The notes beneath the pieces were generated by a model. That model did not search any database, was not told the DNA's origin, and worked only from the letters and a program-made list of their open reading frames with translations. A DNA stretch of 64,000 bases from an uncultured Acidobacteriota bacterium (GTDB lineage: Bacteria > Acidobacteriota > Vicinamibacteria > Fen-336), in contig CAVOYO010000003.1 in NCBI GenBank assembly GCA_963700695.1, forward strand, positions 61,180 to 125,179, given 5' to 3'. The position numbers were made by a program, and so were the translations under genes. Of this stretch, positions 10,291 to 21,106 are shown in pieces (position 1 is the first letter of the stretch; each line of letters opens with the position of its first letter).

Positions 10291-10544
10291 GCGTCACCGC
10301 CAGCGAGACACTGAGCCCGGAGGAGCGGCGCCTTCTTCTCGCCCTCCGCGAGATCCCGGAGAGCCCGCTGCGTGAGCTCTTCACGACCCTCGTCTCCGAG
10401 CTGACCGACTTCGTGACGAGCCCGACCTGTGCCGAGATGCAGGCCGACGGTGCCCCCTGCAGCTCGGCCGAGGCCTCCTGCGACCAGTGCCGCAAGCTGG
10501 AGCAGCTCCTCGAAGGGCTCCGGACGAGACTTCACGCAGGCTGA
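10287..10544 (+). CDS. hypothetical small Cys-containing protein (85 aa)
   Basis: GTG 10287 overlaps the gamma-subunit stop (GTGA). VSVTASETLSPEERRLLLALREIPESPLRELF...SPTCAEMQADGAPCSSAEASCDQCRKLEQLLEGL; four Cys spaced C-x10-C-x6-C-x2-C; no family recognised. Confidence 0.4.
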   Translation: MSVTASETLSPEERRLLLALREIPESPLRELFTTLVSELTDFVTSPTCAEMQADGAPCSSAEASCDQCRKLEQLLEGLRTRLHAG

Positions 10545-10580
10545 GGCCGCCCCGCCGCGGCGGCCACCGGAGGCGCATCC

Positions 10581-11696
10581 ATGGACATCGGCATTCCGAA
10601 GGAGGCACGGCCGCGCGAGCACCGCGTGGCGCTCGCCCCGTCCGGGGTTCGGACGCTGGTCCAGCAGGGACATCGCGTGTGGGTCGAGTCGGACGCGGGA
10701 CTCGACGCCGGCCACCCGAACTCGGCGTACGAGTCGGCGGGGGCCAGCATCGCGTACAGCCGCGAGGAGGTCCTCGAGAGAGCGGCGCTCGTCGCCACCG
10801 TCTACGCTCCGCTGGCCTGCGACTACGAGCACCTCGAGAAGGACCAGGTCGTCTTCGGGTTCTGGGCCCTTCCCGCGACCCGCCCCGAGGACTTCGAGGC
10901 GCTCCTCGCCCGTGGGATCACCGCGGTCGGCATCGAGGCGATCGAGGACTCCGCCGGGCACGCCCCGGTGCGCACGAGCATGTCGGAGATCGCGGGGAGC
11001 CTCGCGGTGACGCTCGGCAGCAGCTTCCTCCTGAACGAGTTCGGGGGGAAGGGGATCCTGCTCGGGGGCGTGGCCGGGGTTCCCCCCGCGCACTTCGTCA
11101 TCCTCGGCGCCGGCGTTCTCGGCCGCTCGGCGGCGCGGGCCGCGATCGGTCTCGGCGCCCAGGTCACGCTCCTCGACCGCAGCGTGGGGATCCTGCGCGA
11201 GGTGGGCCGGGAGGTGCCCTCCGGGTACACCACGATGCTCGCCACCCGACCCAACATCGAGATGGCGCTCTCCTTCGCCGACCTCGTCCTCGGGGCGGTG
11301 GCGGTGAGCGGGCAGCGGCCGCCGATCCTCGTGACCCGCGACATGCTGCGCCACATGAAGCCGCGCACGGTGGTGATGGACCTCTCGATCGACATGGGAG
11401 GCTGCTTCGAGACCTCGCGACCGACTTCGCTCGCCAGCCCCACGTACGAGGTGGACGGCATCTTGCACATGTGCGTCCCCAACCTCCCGTCGGTGGCCGC
11501 GCGCACCGCGACCAAGGCCTTCACGAACGCGACCCTGCCCTACCTGCAGACGATCGCGGAGCAGGGGATCGAGAGTGCGGTGAAGGCCCATCCCGACCTC
11601 GCGCGCGGAATCCTCCTCTACCGTGGTCAGTGCGCCAGCGAGACCCTGGCCCGCTCCTTCGGGGTCGAGTGGCGCCCCGTGCCGATCGAAGGGTAG
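10581..11696 (+). CDS. alanine dehydrogenase/PNT-family NAD(P)-dependent dehydrogenase (divergent; substrate uncertain)
   Basis: Intact 371 aa; MDIGIPKEARPREHRVALAPSGVRTLVQQGHRVWVE...; Rossmann motif VILGAGVLGRSAARAAIGLGAQVTLLD. Clear AlaDH fold signature, but the KVKEP and YLHLA motif positions read TVYAP and FWALP. Confidence 0.75.
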   Translation: MDIGIPKEARPREHRVALAPSGVRTLVQQGHRVWVESDAGLDAGHPNSAYESAGASIAYSREEVLERAALVATVYAPLACDYEHLEKDQVVFGFWALPATRPEDFEALLARGITAVGIEAIEDSAGHAPVRTSMSEIAGSLAVTLGSSFLLNEFGGKGILLGGVAGVPPAHFVILGAGVLGRSAARAAIGLGAQVTLLDRSVGILREVGREVPSGYTTMLATRPNIEMALSFADLVLGAVAVSGQRPPILVTRDMLRHMKPRTVVMDLSIDMGGCFETSRPTSLASPTYEVDGILHMCVPNLPSVAARTATKAFTNATLPYLQTIAEQGIESAVKAHPDLARGILLYRGQCASETLARSFGVEWRPVPIEG

Positions 11697-11698
11697 CG

Positions 11699-12997
11699 AT
11701 GGCCTGGACGGACATCTATCGGAGCCGGGTCACCACCGCGGAGAAGGCGGTGGGGTGCGTGGCCTCCGGTCACCACGTGTGGCTGCACGCGGGCTGCAAC
11801 AACCCCGAGGAGCTGGTCAAGGCCCTCGTAGGCCGGGCCGGCGAGCTGGAGAACGTCGAGGTCACCCACCTCCTGACCTTCGGGGCCGCCGACCACGTTG
11901 ATCCCCGATACGAGAAGACCTTCCGCCACCGGGCCCTCTTCACCGGCCACAACGTCCGCCAGGCGGTGAACGAGGGCCGGGCCGACTTCGTTCCCGTCTT
12001 TCTCTCCGAGATCCCGGGCCTGGTTCGGGACGGGACCATCCCCGTCGACGTGGCCCTCATCCAGGTCTCACCGCCCGACGAGCACGGCTTCTGCTCTTAC
12101 GGGGTGGGGGTGGAGTGCACCAAGGCGGCCGCGGAAACCGCGAAGACCGTGGTGGCCCTCGTCAACCGGCAGATGCCCCGCTCGCTGGGAGACGCGTTCA
12201 TCCACGTCTCCCGCCTCACCCACGTCGTCGAGATCGACCGCCCGGTGCTGGAGCTGCCGCAGGTGACGGAGGTCGGCGACGTCGCCCGGGCGATCGGGAA
12301 GAACGTGGCGGACCTCATCGAAGATGGGTCCACGCTTCAGATGGGGATCGGCGAGATCCCGGACGCGGTCCTCCTGTTCCTGAACGAGAAGAAGGATCTG
12401 GGAATACACACCGAGATGTTCTCGGACGGGGTCGTCGAGCTGTTCGAGCGAGGGGTCGTGACCGGGGAGGCCAAGACCCTCCACAAGGGGAAGATCATCT
12501 CCTCGTTCGTCCTCGGGTCCAAGAAGACCTTCGACTTCCTCGACAACAACCCGTTCGTCGAGTTCCATCCCACCGAGTACGTGAACGACCCCTTCATCAT
12601 CGCCAAGAACGAGAAGATGGTGGCGATCAACTCCGCGATCGCGGTGGACATCACCGGCCAGATCTGCGCCGACTCGATGGGGAAGAACATCTACTCCGGG
12701 TTCGGGGGACAGGTCGACTTCATCCGGGGCGCGGCCCGCTCGCCCGGGGGCAAGCCGATCATCGCGCTGCGCTCGACCGCGAAGGACGGGGCGGTCTCGC
12801 GCATCGTGGACACCCTCACCGAGGGCGCCGGTGTCGTGACCACGCGGGCCGACGTCCACTACGTGGCGACGGAGTACGGGGTCGCGAACCTCCACGGCCG
12901 CTCCCTCCGCGAGCGGGCGAAGGCTCTCATCGAGTGCGCCCACCCGGACTTCCGCGAAGGCCTGCGGTCCGCCGCCCGCGCGCGGAACCTGATGTAG
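11699..12997 (+). CDS. acetyl-CoA hydrolase/transferase family protein (4-hydroxybutyrate CoA-transferase-like)
   Basis: Intact 432 aa; MAWTDIYRSRVTTAEKAVGCVASGHHVWLHAGCNNPEEL..., GSTLQMGIGEIPDAV, SGFGGQVDFIRGAARSPGGKPIIAL, VHYVATEYGVANLHG. Confidence 0.85.
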   Translation: MAWTDIYRSRVTTAEKAVGCVASGHHVWLHAGCNNPEELVKALVGRAGELENVEVTHLLTFGAADHVDPRYEKTFRHRALFTGHNVRQAVNEGRADFVPVFLSEIPGLVRDGTIPVDVALIQVSPPDEHGFCSYGVGVECTKAAAETAKTVVALVNRQMPRSLGDAFIHVSRLTHVVEIDRPVLELPQVTEVGDVARAIGKNVADLIEDGSTLQMGIGEIPDAVLLFLNEKKDLGIHTEMFSDGVVELFERGVVTGEAKTLHKGKIISSFVLGSKKTFDFLDNNPFVEFHPTEYVNDPFIIAKNEKMVAINSAIAVDITGQICADSMGKNIYSGFGGQVDFIRGAARSPGGKPIIALRSTAKDGAVSRIVDTLTEGAGVVTTRADVHYVATEYGVANLHGRSLRERAKALIECAHPDFREGLRSAARARNLM

Positions 12998-13044
12998 CGG
13001 AGGGACGAGACCTGTCCCTTCAGGGGCTCGTGCTTGGAGCGGGA

Positions 13045-16000
13045 TCAGTGCAGCTCGCGTGCCTCCCGCGAGCCGCCCAGACGTGTGCGGAGCCAGGTCC
13101 GCAAGCGTGCGCCGCTCAGGTCGTCGAGGAGCGTGTAGACGACGGGCACCACGATCAGCGTGAGCAGCGTCGAGGCGAGCAGGCCGCCGACCACGACCAC
13201 CGCCATCGGGGCGCGCTGGCCGCCGCCCACGCCCAGCCCCAGGGCGATGGGCAGCATCCCGAAGACCATGGCGGCCGTCGTCATGAGGATGGGCCGCAGG
13301 CGGACGGGGCCCGCCTTGAGCAGGGCCGCGTCTCGCGTCCATGCCGTCGCGCGTGCGCAGCGTGATGGTGTAGTCGATCGAGCAGGATGGCGTTCTTCGT
13401 CACGAGGCCCATCAGCATGATGATGCCGATCATGGCGAAGATGCTGAGCACGTGCCCGGCCAGGATCAGGGCGCCGATGGCCCCGATCAGCGACAGCGGA
13501 AGCGACAGCATGATGGTGAAGGGGTGGACGAAGCTGCCGAACTGTGAGGCCAGCACCATGTAGATCAGGATCACCGCGAGGAACAGGGCGAACGTCAGGT
13601 TCCGGAAGGACTCCTCCATGATCTCGGCCATACCCTCGAAGTCGACGACGAAGCCCTCGAGGCAGGCCCGATCCGCTCCACGATCCCGCTGACGTCCTGG
13701 ACGGCGGCCCCCAGCGGCTTGCCCTCGAGGTTGCCGAGAATCGTGATCTGTCTCTGCCGCGCCTGGTGATCGATCTGCGTGGGACCGGTGTCGTGGACGA
13801 CGCGGGCGATGTTGCCCAGCTGTACCGTCTCCCCGCTGCGGGCCCGCAGCGGCAGCGCCTCGATGCGCCTCGGATCGTCGCGGTCGGACTCGACCAGACG
13901 CACGCGCACGTCGTACTGCTTGCCCTCCTCCTGGTACTTCGTGACCTCGTCGCCGCCCACGAGCAGCCGGACCGCCGTGCCCAGCGACGCGGCGCTGATC
14001 CCGAGGTCGGCCGCCCGCTTGCGGTCGATGAGGATGGAGACCTGGGGGTTGCCTCGCTCGAAGCTGGTGTCGAGGTCGACGAGCCCGGGGGTCTTCTCCA
14101 TCTCGGTCAGCGATGCGGTCCGTGGCGCCGGCCAGCTCGTCGAGCGACGCCGTCTTGGGGCCGCGGACGTTGACCTGCAGCTCCGCGGCCCGGAGCCCTC
14201 CGCCGCTGATGCGCGGCACCGGCTCGACGGCGATCCCGACCTCCCGGACCGACGCCAGCTGCTGGCGGATCTGGTTCATGACCTCCTGCTGGCTCTGGTC
14301 ACGCTGGCCCGGCTCGACGAGCTTGGCCAGGAGCACGGCGCGGTTCACCTTGCCCTGGCTGCCGCCGCCGATGGTGGTGAAGACGTTCTCCGACCGAGGG
14401 GTGCGTGCTCAGCCTCGCCTCGATGTCCCGGACCACCCGATCGGTCGCGTCCAGCGACCATCCCGGGTCGGCGCGCACGATCACGTTGAACTGGGACTCG
14501 TCGGCCTCGGGCACGAACTCGGTGCCGATGTCGCTGACGAGGACGAGGCTGACCAGCAGCAGAGACGACGCCCGTGGCGACGACGCTGGGCCGGTGGCCG
14601 CAGCGACCAGGCCAGCAGCGCTCCGGTAGCCGCGATCCAGAGCGTCGAGCCAGCCCTCGATGATGCGGTAGATGCGGCTGTGCTGCTCGGGTGACGCTCA
14701 GGAACTGCGAGGACGAGCATCGGCGTGAGCGTGAAGGACACGAACAGCGAGATCATGACGGCGAAGGCCACGGTGATCCCGAACTGGTAGAAGAAGCGCC
14801 CGATCAGGCCCTCCATGAAGGCGACGGGGATGAAGACCGCGACGATCGAGAAGGTCGTGGCCATCACCGCCAGCCCGATCTCGGAGGTGGCGGAGTCCGC
14901 GGCCTCCCGTCGGTCGGCCCCTTCCTCCATGTGCCGGAAGATGTTCTCGATCACGACGATGGCGTCGTCGATCAGGATGCCCACCGACAGCGACAGCGCC
15001 GAGCATGGTGAGCATGTTCAAGGAGAAGCCGAAGCCCTCGATGACGGAGAAGGTCCCGATGATCGACGTCGGGATCGCCACGGCCGAGATCAGCGTGGTG
15101 ATCCAGGTTGCGCAGGAAGAAGAAGATGACGGCGACGGCCAGGGCCCCGCCGAAGATCATGTGGAACTTGACGTCGTTGATGTTCTCCTCGATGTACTCC
15201 GAGGTGTCGTTGGCGACGACCATGGCGAAGCCCTCGGGGAGCTGCTGCTCGATCTCGGAGAGGGCGGTCCGGATACCGTGGGCGACGGCCACGGCGTTGG
15301 TGCCGGACTGGCGCCGGATCAGCAGCGAGACGGCCCGCTCGCCGTCGAGCCGCGAGAGGCGAGCGCTCGTCGGCGAGGCCGTCCTCGACGAGGGCCACGT
15401 CCTGCAGGTAGACGGTGCCGGCCGGCGCGCTGGGCCACCACGATGCGGGCGAAGCCGTCGGGGTGCTCGATGCGGCCGCGGGTGCGCACCACCAGGTCAC
15501 GCGGGCCCGTCTCGATGCGGCCGCCGGGGACCTCGACGTTCTCGGTCTGCAGCGCGCGCACCACGTCGTCGACGGTCAGGCCGTAGGCCGACAGCCGGTC
15601 CATGCTGATCCAGACGCGGATCTCGCGGTCCCGACCGCCCAGGATCTCCACCGAGCCCACGCCGTTGACGCGCTCGAGGCGCTCCTTGACCACGTCGTCG
15701 GCGAACTCCGTGAGCTCGCGGATCGACCCCGCCCCCGAGAGGGCCACCGCCATGATCGGGGAGGAGTCGGGGTCCAGCTTCTCGATCACCGGCGGCTCGA
15801 CGTCGTCGGGGAGGTCGCGGCGGACCGTGGAGACCTTGTCCCGCACGTCCTGGGCGGCCAGGTCCACGTCCCGCTCGAGCTCGAACTCGACGAACGACGA
15901 TGCTGACGCCCTCGCTGCTCTGGGAGCGCAGGCTCTTGATGCCGCTGATGGTGTTCAGCGCCTCCTCCAGACGCTCGGTGACGTCCGTCTCCACGGTCTC

Positions 16001-16169
16001 CGGGTCGGCTCCGGGCAGAACGGTCGTCACGGTGACGATGGGGAAGTCCACCTTGGGGAACAGGTCGACGCCGAGGCGACGGATAGGCGACGAGACCGAA
16101 GACGACGATGGCGGAGATGACCATGGTCGCGAACACCGGCTGGCGGATGGAGGTCTTCGATATCCACAT
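13045..16169 (-). CDS. RND (AcrB/HAE1-type) efflux permease (at least 8 frame changes as assembled)
   Basis: [25 protein letters not shown] / [25 protein letters not shown] / [27 protein letters not shown] / [21 protein letters not shown]...[20 protein letters not shown] / [38 protein letters not shown]...[10 protein letters not shown] / [18 protein letters not shown]; about 1041 codons. Confidence 0.88.
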
Positions 16170-16176
16170 GGCGTCG

Positions 16177-17269
16177 CTAGCTCCCGATGCGGACGCGGTC
16201 GCCGGGCCGCAGGCCCTCCGCTCCGCTCACGATCACGCGGTCGGTCGGGCTCAGCCCCGAGAGCACGCTCACCCTGTCGCTCGTCTCCGCTCCGACCTGC
16301 ACCACGACGGACTCGAGCCCGGTCGTCCCGGACCACGAAGACCTGCTCGATGCCCTCACGCCGGACGAGCGCCGAGCGCGGGATGACCAGCGATCCCGGG
16401 AACGTGTGCGAGGGGGACCTGGACCGACGCGTAGAAGCCCGGCTTCAGGCGGTGGTCGCGGTTCGGGACCCTGGCCTCGACGCGAATCGTGCGGCTGTGG
16501 ACGTCCAGCGTCGGGAAGATCGTCATGACGTCGCCCTCGAAGCTCTCGCCCGGCAAGCGCGGTGACGGCCGTGGTCACCGCCTGGCCGACCGCGAGCCGG
16601 TCGGCGTGCTTCTCGGGCACCTCGAAGCGCAGCTTGAGCGGGTCGATCTGGATCAGCTCGAGCAGCGGATCGCCGGCCTGACGTACTCGCCGACGCTCTC
16701 GTTCTTTGCCTGGATGACTCCGGCAAACGGGGCCGTGATCGTCATGTCCTCGAGGCGCTGGCGGGCCAGGGCCAGCGTGCTCTCGGCTCCGTCCACGGCA
16801 GCCACGGCGGCGTCGTGCTGGGCCTTGAAGGTGTCGAAGGTGCCCTGGGAGATGGTCCGGTCGGAGAGCAGCAGCTGCTTCCGCTCCAGCTCGCTCTTGG
16901 CCTTCTCGAAGTTCGCCTGGGCCTGGGCCAGGGCCGCCTCGGCCTGCTTGACGGCCAGCTTCGCCTTGGTCGGGTCCAGCAGCAGGAGCAGGTCGCCCCT
17001 GCCGCACCCGGTCCCCCTCCCGGACCCGAAGCTCGGCCACGGTCCCCAGGGTCTCCGTGCTGATGGTGGCCTCCTCGTAGGCGACGAAGGATCCGGGAGC
17101 CGTGATCTCGATCGCCAGCGTGTCATCCGACGGGCATCGCCACCTCGACGATCGGCACGGAGGGCTCGGCCGTTCCCGACTCGGAGGGTGCCTCCTTCTG
17201 GGAGCACGAGAGTGAGCTGGCGAGCAGCAGGACGCCGAGCGTCGTGTGCAGTGTGTGGCTGGGCTTCAT
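16177..17269 (-). CDS. RND efflux membrane-fusion (periplasmic adaptor) protein (frameshifted)
   Basis: [24 protein letters not shown] lipoprotein-type signal; coiled-coil [33 protein letters not shown]; [20 protein letters not shown]; [19 protein letters not shown]; C-terminal [19 protein letters not shown]. Confidence 0.82.
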
Positions 17270-18590
17270 TCCTGTCCTCCGGAGCTGGCGATCACGTCCT
17301 GGGCAAAGGTGCCGATGGCCCGCTCGAGCCGGAAGATGGCCAGCTCGAGCTGATACGTGGCGAGGGCGAGCTGTCGCTCGGAGCGGGTCAGGGCCTCGTT
17401 GGACGTCAGGATGTCCAGGTCCGTGGCCTCTCCCACCCGGTAGGCCTTCTGCGTCGAGTCGGCGTTCTTGCGAGCGAACTCCACCTGCTGCTCCAGCAGG
17501 TCCACGCTGGCCGCCTGGGTCTCCACGTCCAGCCGAGCGCTGCGGATCTCCTGCTCGACCTGCTTCTGGAGCAGGTTCCAGCTGCAGCTCGACCTCGCGC
17601 AGCTCGGAACGGGCCGTGGCGACCTGCGACTCCCGGTAGAAGCCGTCGAAGAGCGTCCAGGTGGCGTTCACGCTCACCGAGGCGAGCGTGTCCGAAGGGA
17701 AGTTGGCGCGGCGCTTGACGAAGCTGCCGTCGAGGTGAATGTCGGGCAGGTACCGGTCGCGCTGCTTCTGGATCTGAAGCTCACCGATCCGACGCCGCAG
17801 GGCCAGCCCGCGCAGCTCGGTTCGCGTGCGCAGCCCGGCGTCGACGAGCTCGTCCGTGGTCTCGGCTCGGTCGTTGCGGCTTGTCGGGCCGCAGCACGCG
17901 GAAATCGCCCTTCAGGCCCGTGAGCACCGAGAGCCTGCTGCTTGGCGATCTCGAGGTTGTTGCTGGGCCTCGAGCAGCTCGCGTTGGGCACCGGCGTGGG
18001 CCACCCGCGCCCGCAGCACGGCGGTCTCGACCGACTCACCGGCCCGGTAGAGCGACTCGGCGGTACGCAGGGTCTCCTCGTTGACCTCGACCGATCGCCG
18101 CGTGATCTCGATGTTGTCCTGGATGGCCAGGACGAGGTAGTAGGCGCGGGTCACGTCGAGCAGGCTGTCCATGACCGTCGTCTCGTACGAACGGTTGGCG
18201 AGCTCGACCCCCAGCGTCGCCTGCTGCCGGCGCCTTGATGCTGGGCAGGTCGAAGAGGGGCTGCGTGAAGGCGAAGGCCAGCTCGTAGTCGTGGCGGGGC
18301 AGGATCTTGAGCGACTGACCCTCGAACTCCAGCTCCGCGGACGTGAGGTTGTGGGTGTAGGCCCCCTGGGTGAACACCTTGGGCAGCAGCGCCGAGGTGG
18401 CGGCACGGCGCCCCTGCTGGGCCCGCTCGATGCGCTCCAGGCCGCTGCCGATCACCTCGTAGTTGTCGAGGGCCATGCGGTGCGCCTCTTCGAGGGTGAC
18501 GACTGGTGGGGCCTGGGCGGAGGCGGCCGGCGGTCCGGCCAGGAAGGGGAGCGCGAGCAGCCAGCCGCCGCGCGGCATCCGTCTGTTCAT
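17266..18590 (-). CDS. TolC-family outer membrane efflux protein (frameshifted)
   Basis: MNRRMPRGGWLLALPFLAGPPAASAQ signal, VTLEEAHRMALDNYEVIGSGLERIERAQQ..., second repeat LLEQQVEFARKNADSTQKAYRVGEATDLDILTSNEALTRSERQLALATYQLELAIFRLERAIG. Confidence 0.82.
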
Positions 18591-19291
18591 GAAGATCCTC
18601 CGCCTCCCTTCGGTGATGCAGCTTCGGCTTCCACCAGGGCCGTCAGGCCGGCGCTCGTGAAACGGACGATGTGCTCGATGGCTTCGTCCCAGTCGAGCAG
18701 CGGCACGCGCTCGGCCCCGAACTCGCTCAGGTGAAGCTGCACCCGATTCAGGTGACCCAGCTGGGCGAGAAAGAGGTGAACGCCGACTCGGAGCGCCTTG
18801 GCACTCGCGCCGGGGCAGGCCGCCCGCAGGGCGTCGCCCAGCACCTGCTGCAGCGGCTCGAGGAACTCCTCGAGCAGGAACTCAGCCCCGACAACGGGCT
18901 CCGCCAGCTCACGGGCCACGAGCATCTCGGCGCGTCGGGCGTCCGGCTGGGACGCCGGCCGGCCCCACGCCCGCGCGTAGGCCTCGAGCACGTCCGCCAC
19001 CCGAGGCTTCCCGGCGCTGTTCTCGACGGCGTCGCGCACGGCCTGGAGCTCGGTGCCGTCGAAGCGAGCGGCCAGCTGGCGGAACACGGCGCGGTAGAGG
19101 TTCTCCTTGCTGCCGAAGTGGTAGTTGACCGCCGCCACGTTGGCTCCGGCCGTGCGCGCGATGTCCCGGATGGAGGTGCCGCGAAAGCCATGCTCGGCAA
19201 ACAAGGACGTCGCGGCGTCGATCAGCAGCCGCCGTGTCTGCTCTCCCTTCTCGCTGTGTGCATCTCTGATGAGGCCGATGTCTGAGCTCAT
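18587..19291 (-). CDS. TetR/AcrR-family transcriptional regulator (first gene of the efflux operon)
   Basis: Intact 234 aa; HTH region TRRLLIDAATSLFAEHGFRGTSIRDIARTAGANVAAVNYHFGSKENLY; RBS GAGGAGAAGG upstream of the ATG. Confidence 0.9.
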   Translation of the reverse strand: MSSDIGLIRDAHSEKGEQTRRLLIDAATSLFAEHGFRGTSIRDIARTAGANVAAVNYHFGSKENLYRAVFRQLAARFDGTELQAVRDAVENSAGKPRVADVLEAYARAWGRPASQPDARRAEMLVARELAEPVVGAEFLLEEFLEPLQQVLGDALRAACPGASAKALRVGVHLFLAQLGHLNRVQLHLSEFGAERVPLLDWDEAIEHIVRFTSAGLTALVEAEAASPKGGGGSS

Positions 19292-19468
19292 GCCTTCTCC
19301 TCAACGTCACCGGTGCACAGCGTATCAAACCTAAGATTGAAACAAAAGATTTAATTGTCTGTTTTGGCTGGCTTCACATCAGGGTTGGCCCCGGGCGGGC
19401 CGTGTTCGGGGCCGAAGAAGCCCCGCCCCGGGACGCCCCCCCGTCTTCATGGAACTGAAGTTCAGCTT

Positions 19469-19498
19469 CAAGTGACTCTGTCCAAACAGAGTCACTTG
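19469..19498. promoter_or_regulatory. perfect 13-bp-arm palindrome CAAGTGACTCTGT-CCAA-ACAGAGTCACTTG (candidate operator or terminator)
   Basis: Read directly. It lies between the nfnB-like stop (19565) and the tetR start (19291), with imperfect symmetry extending about 12 bp further on each side; no U-tract on either strand. Confidence 0.4.
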
Positions 19499-19564
19499 AA
19501 CTCGAGTTTCATCTTTCTCGTCGGCCTGGTCTTTATGGGCGCCGGGATCCCGGAGGGATCCGGT

Positions 19565-21051
19565 CTCAGGCGCTGGCTTCCTGGGCGGGCTCCTCGGGGA
19601 GCTCCCACTCCCCGGTTGTGAGGTACTCGTCGATCGAGCGCGGCGGCGGTGCGGCCGGCGCCCATCGCCAGGATGACGGTGGCGGCGCCGGTGACGATGT
19701 CGCCGCCGGCGAAGACGCCCTTCTTCGAGGTGCGGAGGGTCTTCGGGTCGGCCTCGATGTAGCCCCAGCGGTTGGTCGCGAGGTCGGGGGTCGTCGACTG
19801 GACGAGCGGGTTGGGGCCGGTGCCGATCGCGACGATCACCACGTCGAGGGGGATCTCGAACTCCGAGCCGGCGATGGGAACGGGGCGCCGCCGGCCCGAG
19901 TCGTCCGGCTCGCCCAGCTCCATCCGGCTGGCAGCGTGCGGCCTTGAGCCAGCCGTTGTCGTTGCCGAGGAACTCGAGGGGGTGGGTGAGGGTCTGGATC
20001 TCGACTCCCTCGTCCTTGGCGTGGTGGATCTCCTCGGCGCGCGCCGGCATCTCCGTCTCGGAGCGGCGATAGATCAGACACGTCTTCTGCGGCTCCAAGC
20101 CGCAGCGGCGGTGCGGATCGCGTCGAGGGCGGTGTTGCCGCCGCCGACGACCGCGACGCGTCTTGCCCTTGCAGTCGTAGATCGGCTCGTCGTACTCGGG
20201 AAAGCGGTAGGCCTTCATCAGGTTCACGCGGGACAGGAACTCGTTGGCCGAGTAGACGCCGTTCAGGTTCTCGCCGGGGATGCGCAGGAAGCGCGGCAGG
20301 CCGGCGCCCGGTGGCCACGAAGACGGCGTCGATAGCCCTCCTCGTTCGATGAGCTCGTCGATGGTCACGGTCTGCCCGACGACGACGTTGGTCTCGAACT
20401 TCACGCCCATCTTGCGCAGGTTGTCGACCTCGCGGCGCACGATGTCCTTGGGCAGGCGGAACTCGGGGATGCCGTAGACCAGGACGCCGCCGATCTCGTG
20501 CAGGGCCTCGAAGACGGTGACGTCGTGGCCCCTTCTGGACGAGGTCGCCGGCGGCGGTGAGCGACGGCGGGGCCGCTGCCCACGATGGCCACCTTCTTGC
20601 CGGTCGGCGGCGCCCGCGGCGGCAGCCCGACCTTGCCGGACTCGCGCTCCCAGTCGGCGATGAAGCGCTCGAGGTAGCCGATCGCGAGCGGGCTCGAACT
20701 TCTTGCCGAGGACGCAGGTGCCCTCGCACTGGTCCTCCTGCGGGCAGACGCGGCCGGTGATCGCCGGCAGCACGTTGTCCTCGCGCATCTTGGCCGCCGC
20801 GGCCCGGTAGTCCCCGGTCGAGGACCAGGTCGACGAACTCGCGGATCTTGACCCCGACCGGACAGCCGTGGACGCACACCGGCTTCTTGCACTCGAGGCA
20901 GCGCGTGGCCTCGGTCTGGGCGACGGCCTACGGCGAGGCCGAGGTTGACCTCCTGGAAGTTGCGGGCCCGCGCCGCGGGGTCCTGCTCGGGCATCTTCTG
21001 GCGGGGGATCTTGATCCGCTCCTTCGGCTTGATGCGGGTTCGTTGGCTCAT
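19565..21051 (-). CDS. GltD/NfnB/SudA-family NAD(P)H-dependent oxidoreductase, large subunit (multiple frame changes)
   Basis: MSQRTRIKPKERIKIPRQKMPEQDPAARARNFQEVNLG / CLECKKPVCVHGCPVGVKIREF / GRVCPQEDQCEGTCVLG / KKVAIVGSGPA / FEALHEIGGVLVYGIPEFRLPKDIV / VFAGGDIVTGAATVILAMGAGR; GGAGG RBS before the ATG at 21051. Confidence 0.82.
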
Positions 21052-21106
21052 GCCCTCCACCTCGGCATCCTCGAGGCGGCAGCGGTGTCCGGGTACGCGG
21101 GCCAGC

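Noticed and set aside
9843-11591. 582-aa minus-strand ORF spanning the kor gamma / small ORF / Ald-like region
   Set aside because: It is antisense to clearly homologous plus-strand genes. Its translation is Arg/Gly/His/Pro/Asp-rich low-complexity sequence with no recognisable domain. This is the typical shadow ORF of very GC-rich DNA.
19449-19512. Mini-ORFs MELKFSFK (+) and MKLEFK (-) within the palindrome upstream of tetR, as possible leader peptides
   Set aside because: They are mirror images produced by the palindrome itself, and I could see no RBS on either strand.
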